A program made the translations under genes and the position numbers. DNA of 64,000 bases, from positions 26,474,001 through 26,538,000 of the forward strand of contig CDPCPM010000073.1 of NCBI GenBank assembly GCA_976551045.1, read 5' to 3'. Shown here in pieces: positions 44,415 to 61,216 of the stretch (positions within the stretch are counted from its first letter, which is position 1; each line of letters starts with the position of its first letter). The notes beneath the pieces were generated by a model. That model worked only from the letters and a program-made list of their open reading frames with translations. It ran no database searches and was not told the DNA's origin. The stretch is from Glaucostegus cemiculus (Eukaryota).

Positions 44415-44938
44415 TGAAGAAAATATTTTGATATATATTAATATTTTCCAATGTATACATTCATTATCTTTTCCTTCATTGTATATTACAACTTTCAGTC
44501 ATTATATTTTGCTTAAGAAAAGTCCAAGAGAACCATTTTCATTCTGTCATTCCTCTTCAGGATATGAAAATTACCTCAGCTTTTCTTGGAAGGCTGTGCA
44601 CACTCTTACAAGACATTGTGCTATCTGACTTTTGCTAGTCCTCCTGACTGGCTGTTAGGAATGGTTTTTATAGCAGCTAGGTTAATAAATACCAACCTTC
44701 TCCTGTCCATGAACTCCCCAATGAGGTGGAATGGTTCTGTAGAGAAGTACTTGGCTTTCTGTACTCTGGGGCTATGGGATGGTGCACCAGGAACCAATAT
44801 TGCTTAAATCTAAGCTTTCCTATCTACGTGAAATAAAATATACGGTATTTTAAATTTAAGCCTGTTCTGAGCTTCAGTGAAAATTATTTTGAAAGTACCT
44901 TATACTCTATTGATAAACTAAATATTTGAAACATTTGA

Positions 44939-45292
<354 letters not shown>

Positions 45293-45307
45293 TAAAACTA
45301 ATATTAA

Positions 45308-45469
<162 letters not shown>

Positions 45470-46406
45470 TAAGTGTGTGAGTGATTGTTTTTAAAGTATT
45501 TGATCTCCCAATTACATCCAAATGGATTGGGAGTGGGGAATAATTTTAAATTCCCATATGTCACATACTTGATTATGTAAGAACTTCTTAATTGATTATT
45601 GCGTAGAAGCAGAATTAGTTGAATATGTGTCTGCGATTCTGCCGGAGGAATTAATGTTCCAAACTTTGGGGTGGAGGGTGGGGGCAGTTGGAGAAAGTAC
45701 AATTATAGCAACTGATTTACGTAGTTTTCATTCCACAAATATGTCTGTTCTGGATTGTTTCCCTCAAATATATAATTTTGAAGGTGCAGAATTGATTCAC
45801 TTGAATGGGAGCAAAAGCTTCAGTTATTTAAAGAAACCAGAGTTGTTATTCTGAGGGCAGAGAAGTTAGAGGCATGTCACAGGTTACTCAGGGTTATGAT
45901 GAAGGGAAAAAAGTGCATTTTAGTGACACAGGAATTGGTAGCCAGGGTACACAAATTAAATTAGAGTAATTAAAGGAACCAGAGGTGTGAAGAGAATATT
46001 TTAGACATTGAATTAGGATTCCAATGCACTGCCTAAGCATGGATGCAAGTGTTAAAACATGTTAATTGAATAAATGTATGAAGAAAATTTTGGCACTGGA
46101 GAGGCAGGTAGATTGGCCTATTTAAATGCATCTTTCAAAAAGCCAGCAGTGGCGTGATGTATCAAATGGTCTTCCTCTGCTGCATCATCCCACGATTCTT
46201 TCACTGGGGATGTGGAAATACAAAATAACTTGAAGTTTGTTTTGTTAACAGGTACTATGTGCAGAGCAAAATTTATCATTTTATTCCATAAATTAATGTT
46301 GGTTCACTTATTTGTACTAAAGAAAAATGTATTTTTAAAAAATGAATAATATGTTCAGTATGGTATCTATGATTCATGATCAGTCTTTGGTTGTACTTTG
46401 ATACAG

Positions 46407-46545
46407 TCAGGGTGAAGGTGTCCCACTTCTGGCCAGAGAAAAGACAGAAGTTCAAAATCTACTTCCAGAAAACACATCTGAAGAAGACAGAGAAACAATT
46501 TATGGAATTTTGGGACAAGCTTTGTGTCGACCAACAGGAATTCAG
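46407..46545 (+). CDS. SMG1: SMG1 exon 33 (139 nt)
   Basis: atacag|...|gtgaaa; QGEGVPLLAREKTEVQNLLP...GILGQALCRPTGIQ. Confidence 0.94.
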
Positions 46546-46739
46546 GTGAAAATTGGAAAAATGTGCACTTTTCTTTGTAATTTCCCATGAAGTTATCGCA
46601 AATATTTTTCTTAAACTTTGAATCCAATCTATATCCAATCTATCAAATAGATGTAATTTGTTTCATAATTAAATTTGTATTCTCTGCATAATGTAAGATC
46701 TTTTGATTTTCTTTCTTTGGGAATGAACTGAATCTGTAA

Positions 46740-47039
<300 letters not shown>

Positions 47040-47575
47040 TAGGACTGGAGAAATGAATTAGGAAAGATCAACCATTAAATATCCATCCAGTTAATGTTCT
47101 TTCTGTTAAATTGCCTTCAATCTGCTTAATAGATTTCTTCAGTCATATTTCCTGCAGTGAAATCTCCCTTTGGCTGATATCTTGGCTGGAGTTACTTGTG
47201 TGATTGCAGTATCTTAAATTTTAAGATAGTGTCTGATTTTAGAGCGTGTTGTAAGAACTTTGCTGTACTGACCATCAGTATCTGTTAGAAAAAACTCCAG
47301 GGAAAAAGGAGCAAAATATTTGTATGATTCTAAAACTTGCAATCTCTGCTGATTGGATGTTCTTCTTTTCATTCTTTTATGTGTCATGGTACCTCTTCTG
47401 TTAGTGGTTCTGTTAGCCTTCCACCTGTTGGTGACTGAAGAAGATAGCCAGGAAAATCAGCGATAGCTGCTTTATAGTGTGCCTTGGAATGTGTCACGAA
47501 GCTAAACTTGAGATGTAATTGTTTGTAACTGATGTAGAAATTCAGTAGAACTAAAGTACTGGAGACAGTTTAATA

Positions 47576-47864
47576 CAGGCAGTCCCCGGGTTATATAAGG
47601 GTTCCGTTCCTGAGTACTGTCCATAAGGTGATTTCTGTAAGTCAGAACGTCAGTTTTCTATAGCTACCCATATTGTATTGCTCTACACCTGCTATAATCC
47701 TTTCATTTCATTGAATAATCACCCTCATTAAACTAATGGAACATGTACTTTATCCATTTAATTGAATACCACAAAATATTGTATTGTAATTACGATCTTA
47801 AAACTCTTTAAAAGTTTATGGCGAATTTGCACAAGTTGGGTCTCCTGTAACCCAGGGAACCCTG
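47576..47864. mobile_element. Tc1/mariner-pogo (Tigger-like) non-autonomous element / MITE, 289 bp
   Basis: TA|CAGGCAGTCCCCGGGTTA ... TAACCCAGGGAACCCTG|TA: imperfect TIRs with TA target duplication. Confidence 0.75.
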
Positions 47865-48165
47865 TATAGGGTTTTGTGGAGTAAGGTCATCTGACCTTAG
47901 TGCATGCGCCATGGTAGCACCTGAGGGCACCGGATGAGATGAATCCTATTGAAATTGAACAATTAAGCTCACTTTTTTAAAACTGCACATTGTTTATATA
48001 GCACTATATCCAACTTTCATAAAATTCTGTTCTGGTATTTCATTTGTGACTTGCACCCCCATAACATTAAATACCTGCAATAAATTGCAAAAAAAATAGA
48101 TTTTTCTAAGTTATAAATCCAAAATAGATTTGCAAAATGATATTTGTAAAATAAGTTGAATTTAA

Positions 48166-48378
<213 letters not shown>

Positions 48379-48499
48379 TAATAAAGAGTGGGCAGCTTGC
48401 ATCACAAATCACCACTAGTACTAAACTTTACACCTGTGCCCCTTTATAAAAAGACTGAAATTAGTTCCGCAATAACCAATGTAAAAACAAAAGTAGTAA

Positions 48500-48930
48500 G
48501 TCAATTCCTCCCTCTTGCCTATTCTGCCATTATACAAGATCATATGGTTGATCTTTATCTCAGTGTTACTTTCTGCATATCCCTTCATTTCCTTTTAATA
48601 TCCTAAATCTTTTGGTCTTGAATATGCTCAGTGACTAAGCCTCTGCAGTTTTTTGGCCAGTAAGACTCTGGGTGAAGAGACTTCTCTTGAATAGTCAGCC
48701 ACTTATTTTGAGACCATCTGACCCCTTGGTTCCAGACATTCTGGCCAGGGTAAACATCATTGCACCTACCTAGTCAAGCCCAATAAGAATTTGTTGTGCT
48801 TCAATTTATCACCCCTGATTCCTCTAAACGCTAAAGTATACATGGTGTTTCAGGTAGCGTCTTGCCTTATAATTGCAGTAAGATGTCTTCACTCCTCTAC
48901 TCCAATCCTCTTAAATTAATATGCCAAAAT
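48500..48930 (-). mobile_element. CR1 3' fragment (antisense)
   Basis: gatcatatggttgatctttatctcag and ttgcagtaagatgtcttcactcctctactccaatcctctt are reverse complements of CR1 3' motifs also seen at 50690-51210. Confidence 0.65.
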
Positions 48931-48939
48931 ATTCAACAG

Positions 48940-51260
48940 TTAGCAAGGACAGGCAAAAGATGGGATGTAGCACATAAGGGAGATCATCTGTGCCATGGTG
49001 AGAAATGATCTGTCAAGCAAGATCATGATGCAGATCCTAGAATCAACTTGTGTTGAGCTGAGAAGTAGCAAGGGCAAAAAACATTGATAGGAGTTACTTA
49101 TAGGCCAAAAGGTAGTTGAAATATTGGGTGTGGCATAAAGTGGGAAGTTAAAGGTGTTTGTGTTATGAAATACAATAATCATGGGAGACGTTAACTTACA
49201 CACAGATTGGACAGAACAGACTTAAGAAGGTGCAAGGTGAATTCATGAAATGTATGTGATGCTTTCTGGATCAATATACTGAGGAACCAACTGGAGGAAA
49301 GACTATATTGGAACTCGTTTTGTGCAATGAGAAAGGGTTAATTAATAATGTTGTTGCTCATGGGCTTTTTGTTGAAGAGTGAATGTAATAGTTTTACATT
49401 GAACTTGAAAGGAGCTCAATGCAAAAGTAGGGTTTAGCAGTAACCAAAGAAAACTAAGAAGGCATGAGGAGAGAATTGGCTGTGGTTGGTTGGAAGAATA
49501 TGCTTCTGTCTCTTGTCATAATTTTCATTTGTTAGCTTTAAAAGAAGTGATGCACAGGTTGTAAAAGAAATAGTTCTGTAAGGCACAAAAAATAGGAAAT
49601 GTAATTCATCCAAGGCTGACAAGAAATTAAAGATGGTGTTAAATGCCAGAAATAGCCTGAACATTGGGAGCATTTTAGAACTTGGCAAAGGAGGTCCAAG
49701 CAATTAATAAAGGCTAGATAACGTGAATTGACAATCAAGAAACATAAAATGGACTTGATAATTTTGGTATATACTAGTGAGGATATATGTGGGCCCCTTG
49801 CAGAAAGAGGGAGGAGAATTTATAATGGGGAATGGTAGAGGAAATAATTACTTTGAGATGGCTTTCCTGGAAGAAGGTGCATAGCACCTGCCAGATCTAT
49901 TAGAGAATCAAGGATTGGGAACTAAAAGAAACACGTGCAAGTTAAAGATTAGAATTGGATATATCTGTGAACTTGAGGGAAAATGCTTGAATCTTTAATG
50001 AAGAATGTAATAACAAAGCATCTGGAAGAAATCATAGAACTGAATAGAGCATTATGGATTTTGCAAGCAAACTTATGTGTGACTAATCTGGAGTTCTTCA
50101 AGCATGTGTCTAATAGAATAGGTATAAGGGAACCAGTGGATATGGTGTATTTGCATTTTTGGAAGGGATTTAATAAGGTCCTGTATGGGAAGTTGGTCAG
50201 CAAGGTTAGAACACATGGCATCAAAGGTAAAATACTGACATGGATTGAGAATTGGTTATTGAACAGAAAGCAAAGGATGGGAATAAATGGATCTCAGGAT
50301 GCAGGCTGTGACTATGCCAGGAATCTGTTCGTGAGGCCAGCAGTTCATGATCTATATCAACGATTTGGCTGATTGGACAAAATATCATATTTCCAAATTT
50401 GCTGAAGATAAAGTACATGGAGTTGAGTATGAAGGAGGACTTAAAGAAGCTTTGAAGGTATGGACAATCTGAGCAAGTGGGCAAGAACATGGCAGATAGC
50501 CATTAAACAAAATGAGAACTTACTCTCTTTGGTACGCATGACCGAAGTGGCATATTTATTAAATGATGGGAGATGAAGTAGTGTTGATGTTCAAAAGGAT
50601 CTGGTACACTTGAACACAAGTCGCTGAGCACCAGCTTATCAGTAAGTGATCAAGAAGGCAAATGGTATGCTAGACTTTATTACAAGAGGATTTGAACAGA
50701 GGAATAAGGAAGACTTATTGCAGTTGCGCAGGGGCTGGGTGACACTGCACATGGATTATTGGGTATAGTTTAGGTTTCCTTGCCTAATACGTGCTATAGA
50801 GGGATGCAGCAAAGATTCACTGGGCTGGTTCCAAAAATGGTAAGTTTGCTGTTTGGGAAGAGATCAGGTAAACTGGGATTGTGTTCTCTTCGGTTAAAAG
50901 CATGATGGGAGATCTCAAGCAGAATACTTGAAAGCGCTTCATAGTCTTGATGCTGAGAAGATGTTTCCCCTGAGTAAGATGTTTAGAACCAAGGGATATG
51001 GTTTAAGAATTATTATGGGTCTGCTGTTTAGGACTGAGATGAGGAATTTCTTCAGGGTTGTGAACCTTTTGAATTATGTACCAGAGGTAGCTGTTGAGAC
51101 TCAGTCATTGTGTTCATTCGAAGCACTTTTTCTGGATGCTAAAAGAAGTATGGGTTATGAAGATGGTGTTAAATAATGGGATTGAGGTAGAAGATCAGCC
51201 ATGATAATGTATCACTGGCTCAAAAGGCCAGATGCCCACCATCTGCTCTTTTTTTTGTCT
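48940..51260 (+). mobile_element. Decayed CR1 LINE with endonuclease and RT remnants
   Basis: IIMGD.NLH.DW (~49175); ORF 49983-50372 ...PVDMVYLHFWKGFNKV...HGIKGKILTWIENWL..RKQR; 3' UTR to ~51250. Confidence 0.85.
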
Positions 51261-51397
51261 TGTATGACACTGAAGCTCTCCCAACGTTTTGTGTGATGAG
51301 GTCACTTGCAGCTTGCGGTTTCCCTAGATGCAGGGTGTAGTAATTGGTCTCTGTGCAATCTTATGCCAGTTAAATATATAGAACTGATGTGGTTTGA

Positions 51398-51640
<243 letters not shown>

Positions 51641-52029
51641 TAACATTTCTGTCTGAGGCTTAGGCTACATTGGGGATGGTACTGATAAAAGTATTGTTGA
51701 TCAGTATATTTAAAGATACAGTAAATAAGTTATCCTAATACTGTAAAACAAAATGTCAAAATCCACTTTATTTTTAAAGTTGGAACACAGAAAAACACTT
51801 CACTTTGAAGACTACTTTTTACTGCTCCCAGCATAAATTTTTCATTTTCATTCTCCATATTAATCCTTGAAATATGAGATGTCCCAATTTAAATCTATAT
51901 CCCTGCTGCCTAACTAGTTGTTCATTTTTAATCACAAGAACTGAGCATGACCCTTGCTAGAATAATTTCAGAAATAAGCATCTGTTTGGATCAAATCAAC
52001 ATTTCACATATTTCTTTTGCAACCTTGTT

Positions 52030-52360
52030 GGGCCATTTGGCTTACAGAGTCTCTGCTGATTCTCAGAGCATTCCCATCAACCTCATTCCCTCGCTGCAAT
52101 TCTTTGTAATCTATTCTCTCACATGCTCATTAACTCCCCTCGTCTTCTCTCTGATTCTCCCGCCATTCACAGTCAGGGTAATTTACTGTAGCCAATTAAC
52201 CTTTCAATCAGCACATTTTTGGGATGGGGGGACGGGTTGGCAAAGCCAGAGTACCCAGGGGAAGCCTATTTTGTCTTGGGCAGAATGTGCAAACTCCTCA
52301 CAGCACAGGTTTGAATCAGGGTCACAGGAACTGAGGCAGCAGTACCTAACTACTGTGCCA
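52030..52360 (-). mobile_element. HE1/V-SINE-like element
   Basis: Reverse complement: ggcacagtag...tgctgcctcag...gattcaaacc...gagtttgcacattct...ttaattggctacagtaaattaccc; CR1-like tail; related relics at ~9490-9710 and ~52850-53060. Confidence 0.7.
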
Positions 52361-52393
52361 TATCTGTTAGAAAAGCTGTCCTTTAATAGATAA

Positions 52394-52699
<306 letters not shown>

Positions 52700-54335
52700 T
52701 AATCTTTTTGTCTTTAATTTGCTGATGGAATTATCATTATTTTTGTTAAAACAGTTGTAATGTTTTATTATAAGAGGTCATACAACGTATTGTGTCTGTA
52801 ACTCTGATGGACCCAATCCTGAGGTTGCTTTCTGGAGAGCAATCCATCAGGCCCGTTCACCCACTTATTATCTGGCATTTTTTTTTGTTTTGATTCTTTT
52901 GCCACTTCACTGCAGGAGGTGTAATTTACTGTAGCTGGTTAACTTATCAATGCACCTTGTGGGATTTAGGAGGAAACAAGCATCTGGGGAGACCCCGATA
53001 TTTATAGGGAAACTATCAACTCCTCACATACAGCACCCAAGGTTTGGATTGAATCTATGTCACTGTAATACCATTTTTTTTAATCCAAAATCTAGAGCAA
53101 CAAGTGGTGTGTTCTATGTCCTATTAGAAAACTGCATCATTTGGCCTTCTAGAAATCTAAAATGTTTGGTGTACAGGCATTAATTAGAAAAATGCATGAT
53201 CCCATGTATCTTGTTTTACTGTTATGTAAAATATATTGGTCCTTTTCAGAATGTTTAATCTCAGTTTCACCTGACAATCTGGTATTGAAACAGCCAGTTT
53301 AGTTTATCGAAAAATCTTAATCTCGCTTACTTTTCTAAGAGTGTTTGATGAAATATGGATTTTAACCCTCTGGTCTGACATTCTGTGGTCTGGAAACTCC
53401 CATTGTGTGTTTTTTATATATCTGGTGCCATTTGTTTGCCAAGTGGCAACCAGGGTGACTGTGTTAACCACCAAGCTTATTTGTATCTATTTTCTGTTTT
53501 TAAACTTTATATACGAATGTTTCTACAGCATTAAGGTACAGTGCAGCTTTCAAATTGTAAGCTTCGTTATATTTCAAAAACAAAACTATTTCTGATAAGT
53601 TTTTTATGTTCTGTTTAAGCTTTATTCTACTTTTTATGACAGCAATAAATATGCAGAGTAAACTGGCAAGCCTAGGATTTAGGCATATGTTTACACAGGG
53701 TGTTCTTAGTGTAATTTCTGTGGTCTGGCACTAGTCCAGTCCCAAGGGTGCTGGACTAGAGAGATTCAACCTGTAGTACAAGAGCTCTTGACAATTTTTA
53801 AGTAATTAATTTTGCAAGCAACATTTAGTATTTTACTTAGGTTTTTTTTTCCACCCCTAACTTAATCTGTCAAACTGGTAATTTGAATTTTCATATTTGA
53901 AAAGATCCACAAAAATGCCCAGTTATGCCTATTAATGCTAAAGATTTTGCATTATTGCCTTAAAATTGTCCAAGAGTTCAAGTATTGGAGGTAAGCAAAA
54001 GATAAGTAAACACCAAATGAAAAACTGGCAGTTGGCATTAGATTGTTTACTATATGGCTACATTAGGAGTATAATAAATTTACTATACTTGGTAAATATT
54101 GAAAAGTGTGGCTAATTTTATTTGTCTTTTTATAATTGTGCTAAACTATCCTCAGTTGAAACTTGAGGGTGCTTTGTAAGCCAAAATGATTTCCATAATG
54201 AGTTATTATTAAAATAGATATGTAACATCAACACTCTGTATAGGCTGGCAGTGTTCAGCTAGCTCAATTTTTGAATCAGTGCTCATTGATTGTAAACAAA
54301 AATCATTATTTTAACTTTTAATATGCTGGTATTAG

Positions 54336-54491
<156 letters not shown>

Positions 54492-55012
54492 TAAGTGTTT
54501 CAAAACTGGTTTGTGATGTAGACGCAAACTTGTTCAACTTAAATACTTGTAATGGGGCTAGCCATAGTGCAAGTCAAATTGAAACAACTGTTGGTGCAGC
54601 CTTTAGGTATCAAAGCAGTCAACAAAAAGACCTTTGACTTGAACTGTGTAGTTGTACAATAATGTATCAAAAGTTTCTTAATTTTTCGGCAAGAGGCTAA
54701 TCAAATTGGATGTGTAATAATTAAGCAACCCGGGAGTCTAAGTCGCTTGAATCTTTGTTCAGGTTTCCTTCCTCCCTTCAAAGTTAGTGAATATGTTTGC
54801 ATTCAGGCAAATAATACTTCACTGCAGTAGGGTTATAACATAGAACATTTTTGTAAAGGCCCATTTGTCTAATGTGTCTTTATAGACAATTCCTAGTTTT
54901 AAATTCTGCAACCATTTGAAAAAAATTAAGTTAGGCTAACTAAGCTATTCAGTTGTTTTGCTGTTACAATTTGTTTGCTGTGAGGTATTTTAGTCCTACC
55001 TTCTGTTTTTAG

Positions 55013-55235
55013 GGATGAGAAGATGGCCATTATGAGGGAGAAGCACACAGCTTTGATGAAGCCAGTGGTATTTGCCTTGGAGCATGTATGCAGCATTACT
55101 TCAGCTCCAGCAGAAACTCCTCATGAGAAATGGTTTCAGGACACCTATGGAGAACCAATTAATAATGCTTTGGAAAAACTGAAGACCCCATCCAATCCTG
55201 CTAATCCCAGCAGCAGTTGGTTGCCATTTAAACAG
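55013..55235 (+). CDS. SMG1: SMG1 exon 39 (223 nt)
   Basis: ttttag|...|gtaaga; DEKMAIMREKHTALMKP...ETPHEKWFQ...WLPFKQ. Confidence 0.95.
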
Positions 55236-55704
55236 GTAAGATTTGTAGTGGAGCAGTTTACTAACAGAAGAACATAATTGACTGCAATAGTTAATCAGTT
55301 GAAGTTACTTCAGTGGTTGTATGCATACAGTAATGGTACTGTATGTGCTTTTTGAATTTGTTATTGAGATTTCAGATGGCATGAGTTTTTCCAGTTTCCC
55401 CAAACCATTCCCTTCTGAAATTAAACATAATGCAGCAACCTGGAGGCCAAGCAGATTGAGTTCAGTGTTGAGATGGTTGTGCTGGGAAGTTTTTCCTTTG
55501 TTAATCAGTTATACTATCCAGAAAATGTATAAACTATATTGTTAGATTGAAGATTACATTGTAAGTGTTCAATGAAAGATAGAAATGAAATTAAAAGGTG
55601 ATATAAGATGAGCACTAAAAAAACATAGATTGGGAAGCTCAATTTGTATGATAATTTGTGCAATGCAAAGATCAATTTCCAATTTTTAGTGGTGAAGTAT
55701 GTAG

Positions 55705-56004
<300 letters not shown>

Positions 56005-56229
56005 TAAACTTTCTCCATTAGCAGTTAATTTAATGAGATCTTTGAACTTGTGGTGCCCTTGTTGTTTACTTTATCTGGCAGTTAGGATCTGAGGGATGGG
56101 AGAAGTAGAAATTTAATTCTGTCATCTGCTTTGACAAATGTGTTGATACAACTTGTCACTGGGCCAATTGTGGAACTATTTTCTTGGGTTCTTTTAACAT
56201 TTACATGGATATACAGCACAAAATAATTC

Positions 56230-57210
56230 ATCCTTTTGTCTACCTTTCCCCAGCTATAGTTTTCCCTCCATTAAACTCCACAATAATTGACAGGGTTTTC
56301 AACCATGTCTTTTGTAATTGCACTTCTCTCTCCTCCTCTCCTTCTGTCCAAAGCAAAATTAGGATTTCTCTTGTCCTCGCCTTGCACCCCACCAGTCTCT
56401 ATATTCAACAGTCATCCTCCATACTATTAGACACTTGCAGAACAATGTGAGCAGAAGATGTGCTTGCCTGTGCCAATACCTTTCAGTATTCTGAAGGACT
56501 GTTAACTCTTTCACTTCCACTACTACTCACTCTCCTTGACACAGCACTTTCCCATGCATACAAAGGAGATGCATCATCTGCCCTTTTACCACTTCCATTC
56601 CTGTTGTCCAGAGACCAGAACACTACCGGGTGATTGATGTTTTTTTTGTTTCCAATTTATGCATTGGTGCACTCAATGTCTCTTCTACATTGGAGAACCA
56701 AATAGATTGGCTGATTTATTTTTGGAGCACCTCCATTCCATTTGGAAGGATCATTCCAAGCTTCTACATCTCAGCCCCTCTGTCTTTGCCCCTCTGATCC
56801 AACAAAGCTCAATGTAAATATGAAAATAGTACCTCTTTTTCCAACTTGGCATATTAGAATTGTCAGGACTCTACAATGAATTCAGCCATTTCAAATAATG
56901 GGCCATTCCTGTTTTGTCTTGGGTATTTGCACATTCAGTTTTTCTCACATCTCTTGCAATGAGTGAAATATATCTTACCCAAACATGCCTTTATCAACCT
57001 TTTATCGACTGACATCATTATCACTTGTGTCAATTTCTCCACTGCATCACAAACGTTTTTTCTGCCCTGCCTCTCCTTCCTCTGCAGCTTAAAAATCTAT
57101 TTCATTGCTAACTTTTTGTAGTGTTGGTCAGAGATCATCACTCAATGTCATTTGTTTCTCTTTGCACAATTGCTGCCTGACCTGAGTATTTCCAGCACTT
57201 TGCATTTATT
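56230..57210 (+). mobile_element. Penelope-like element relic (linker plus GIY-YIG endonuclease, then pseudo-LTR)
   Basis: RISLVLALHPTSLYIQ; TFPCIQRRCIICPF (CxxxxCxxC linker); ttctacattggagaa (FYIGE); gagcacctc (EHL); pLTR motif tgctgcctgacctgagtatttccagca at ~57171. Confidence 0.8.
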
Positions 57211-57616
57211 TTAATATTTAAGTTCAATGATCTTTCAGAATTTTCTTTGCTTTTATTTACTTGGCTTTTTTGACACCCTTTGGGCTCTGTTAAATGCATT
57301 AGTACAATGTATATTCACATTTTGGATAAAGTTGGCCCATTTTGGCTCAAGAACACTTCTGGATTTAGAGAGAAAGAAATACAGATATGTCAGAAAAGGA
57401 CATTTGTAATCAGGCCAAAATATTTTCAAATTCAGTTCCTAATCACATTTACTTCAAGATCATTCTAATTTCTTTGGTTTTTAAAAGTTCTTAGTAAATA
57501 AAATGTAAATTCAAATTCTGTGTGGTTGCATCTCAAAGTAAAATTGGCCAATGTGGTCCATCTCAAAATCATTTGATCTTTTGCATTTAAACAAATGCAG
57601 GCTGTTATAGATGTAA

Positions 57617-57949
<333 letters not shown>

Positions 57950-58396
57950 TAACTCTTGTTAGCTCCTGGCTCCCATCCCTCCAGACTGACTACCTACTCG
58001 GTGGGAACAGCATTATGAGTTAGTGCTCTGGTCCCATTGCAGTAATGAGGAGGAGGGAACATGCTTCTGGCCCTCCCCACAGGGAATTTTGAATGGAGTA
58101 GATTTTTAATGCTTAATCTGACTAGTCTACTTCACCCACTCTACATTTGCAGTTTGGATAGCTGACGGGTTTAAAACTTCCCCTAATGTTTAGTCCTACA
58201 TTGCACTTCTGATTATGGATTGAGAACTGCTCTGGTAGCCCATTGTTGACTTGCCAGCTCTTGATAATGTAATTTGACTTTGAACATTAATCCTGCTCCA
58301 GCTGGGCTTTTGTTTGAGCCTCTATTTGCTTGATTTGTGAAGTAAAAATTTAAAAGACTGGAAAAATATCAGATTGGAGCTGAAGTCCATAATTTA

Positions 58397-58463
58397 AAAT
58401 ATTAAATCCTCCAATACACCCATCTCAGTTGGCTGTATGTGTGCATTGGAGGATTTAATATTT
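58397..58463. repeat. Inverted repeat / 67-nt hairpin
   Basis: aaatattaaatcctccaatacac (58397-58419) versus gtgcattggaggatttaatattt (58441-58463): 22 of 23 positions complementary. Confidence 0.9.
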
Positions 58464-58556
58464 CCCACTATAGCTGTCTATTTGCTTTCCATTGAGACTA
58501 TGTAAATGTAAGATTGAGAAAGTGAATAACCACAGTGTATTTGTTTTTTTTTCTAG

Positions 58557-58808
<252 letters not shown>

Positions 58809-60505
58809 TGAATGATGTAAAATGATTAAATGAGAAGACATAAGTATTATTCTGTATTTAAACAATTGCTATAAATACTTGACTAAACTAGTACATTTAA
58901 CATATGCAGTATATCATGAAGGAATCAATCATAATTGTGATATATATTTAAATATTGTAGCTCTATTTTGCTGAAGAATTCTACCAATATTTTAGTTGAT
59001 CATATTTCTTTTTTGTTTAGAGCAGTCAACATAGTTAACACACTTAGTTATTGTCAGTCAGTTAATGTATTTGCTGAAGTGAATATTTTTGTAGACTTTC
59101 ACTTGGCCATTTTGGTAATACTAAGGAAGCATAAGATTGCATATGCTGTAATCTGCAGCAGAGTAATACCAAAGCTAAGTTTAGGTCTGGGATACTTGAA
59201 TTAATCCAGTACTCTATTCTACTGTTATTTCAATGTGCTTATCTTTCTGCCTGGTAAATTTGCAGTTTTGCTGATGTGTTTCTAGAGAATGAGATTTCAA
59301 TGCCTCATGATACTAACCTGGTGAAGGAAAGGCTAAAGTGTTGCACTGGAATAATGTTATCCAAAACTATACATTAAAAATCTTCATTTGTAAAATTATG
59401 ATTTGGTTCTGAGTTGGGGTTAAGAACTGAACCAGATTTTTACATCTTGTACCTCAGCTTTTTGAGTTACAGTACTCATGACCTTGAGTAGAACACTTTG
59501 AAAACCAGTTTGTGATTAGCTGAACTGTTGGGCAATAGAGGGCACCAATTTGAAATACCCAAGTCTTCAACATTTTTTTTCTTCTATGTGATATAAAGAA
59601 GGGGTGGGTGGGGCGAGGGGGATATTAAAGCCCTTTATCTCTCTGAAATGTCAGATTCTTTAGATGGATGATACTGATCTGTGTATTTGGTGACACAGTT
59701 ATGAAGTGCTTTCAGTTATATGGGAGCTGTTGGACCCAGGGCATCCCAGCTCACTTTACAACCAATGATTTACTTTGTAATAGTTATTTTTTTCTAATAT
59801 GGACACTGTGTAGGGTTCAAAGAACTGGGTGATTTAATTATTTATTGATAACAATATGAATGGCTGATGAATAAATATACCTTCCACTGTCTTTACATAA
59901 TCTCAAATGGCAACCTTTTGATTAACTCAGTTAGTGGTTTAAGCATTTTAAAACTCGGAAACCAATCCATTCTTCCATATTTCCTTGGAATCATCATGGG
60001 GTGGAGGAGGAAAAATCGTATCAAGACAAGATGCTTAGTAGAGCCTTCCATTCCAAGGCTATTCTTCTCCACAGTAAAATAACTAATCCCTCTGTTCCTT
60101 TTGCTGGCATTCATATTTGCTGCTCTTTTAGATCAGTTTTCAGTTTATGCCACTGCTACATGGTGAAAAGTGCAGGAATTTTCACCTCTTGATGTTCAGA
60201 ATTTTCATTCTTGTTTTCAGATCTTTTCATGGTTGTGTTCATCCCTATCTCTGCAACCTCCAATTCTAGCTTGTGTTCCTGTTTTGCTCTTCCATTGGTG
60301 TCTGACGTTTTTTCTCAACCTGAGTTTTGGAATTCCTTAAACCTTTAACGCACTCCTTTTAAAACCTATTGGCCACATTTTCTGATGTGCTGTTGTGCAA
60401 GGTATTTTTGATAACACTATTGAGGCAACTTAAAAATATTATACAAATGTTATTTCAAGGCGAGTTGCTTGAATTCTTTTGCATTTTATTGATGTCACTT
60501 AATGA

Positions 60506-60721
<216 letters not shown>

Positions 60722-60724
60722 TAA

Positions 60725-60883
<159 letters not shown>

Positions 60884-60973
60884 TAAATATATATGCAATT
60901 ACATCACCATAAATTACATTGCTGGTAGATACTTCGCAGTTTTCTTAATCCATCTGTCGTTTTTGCTTGTTAG

Positions 60974-61216
<243 letters not shown>

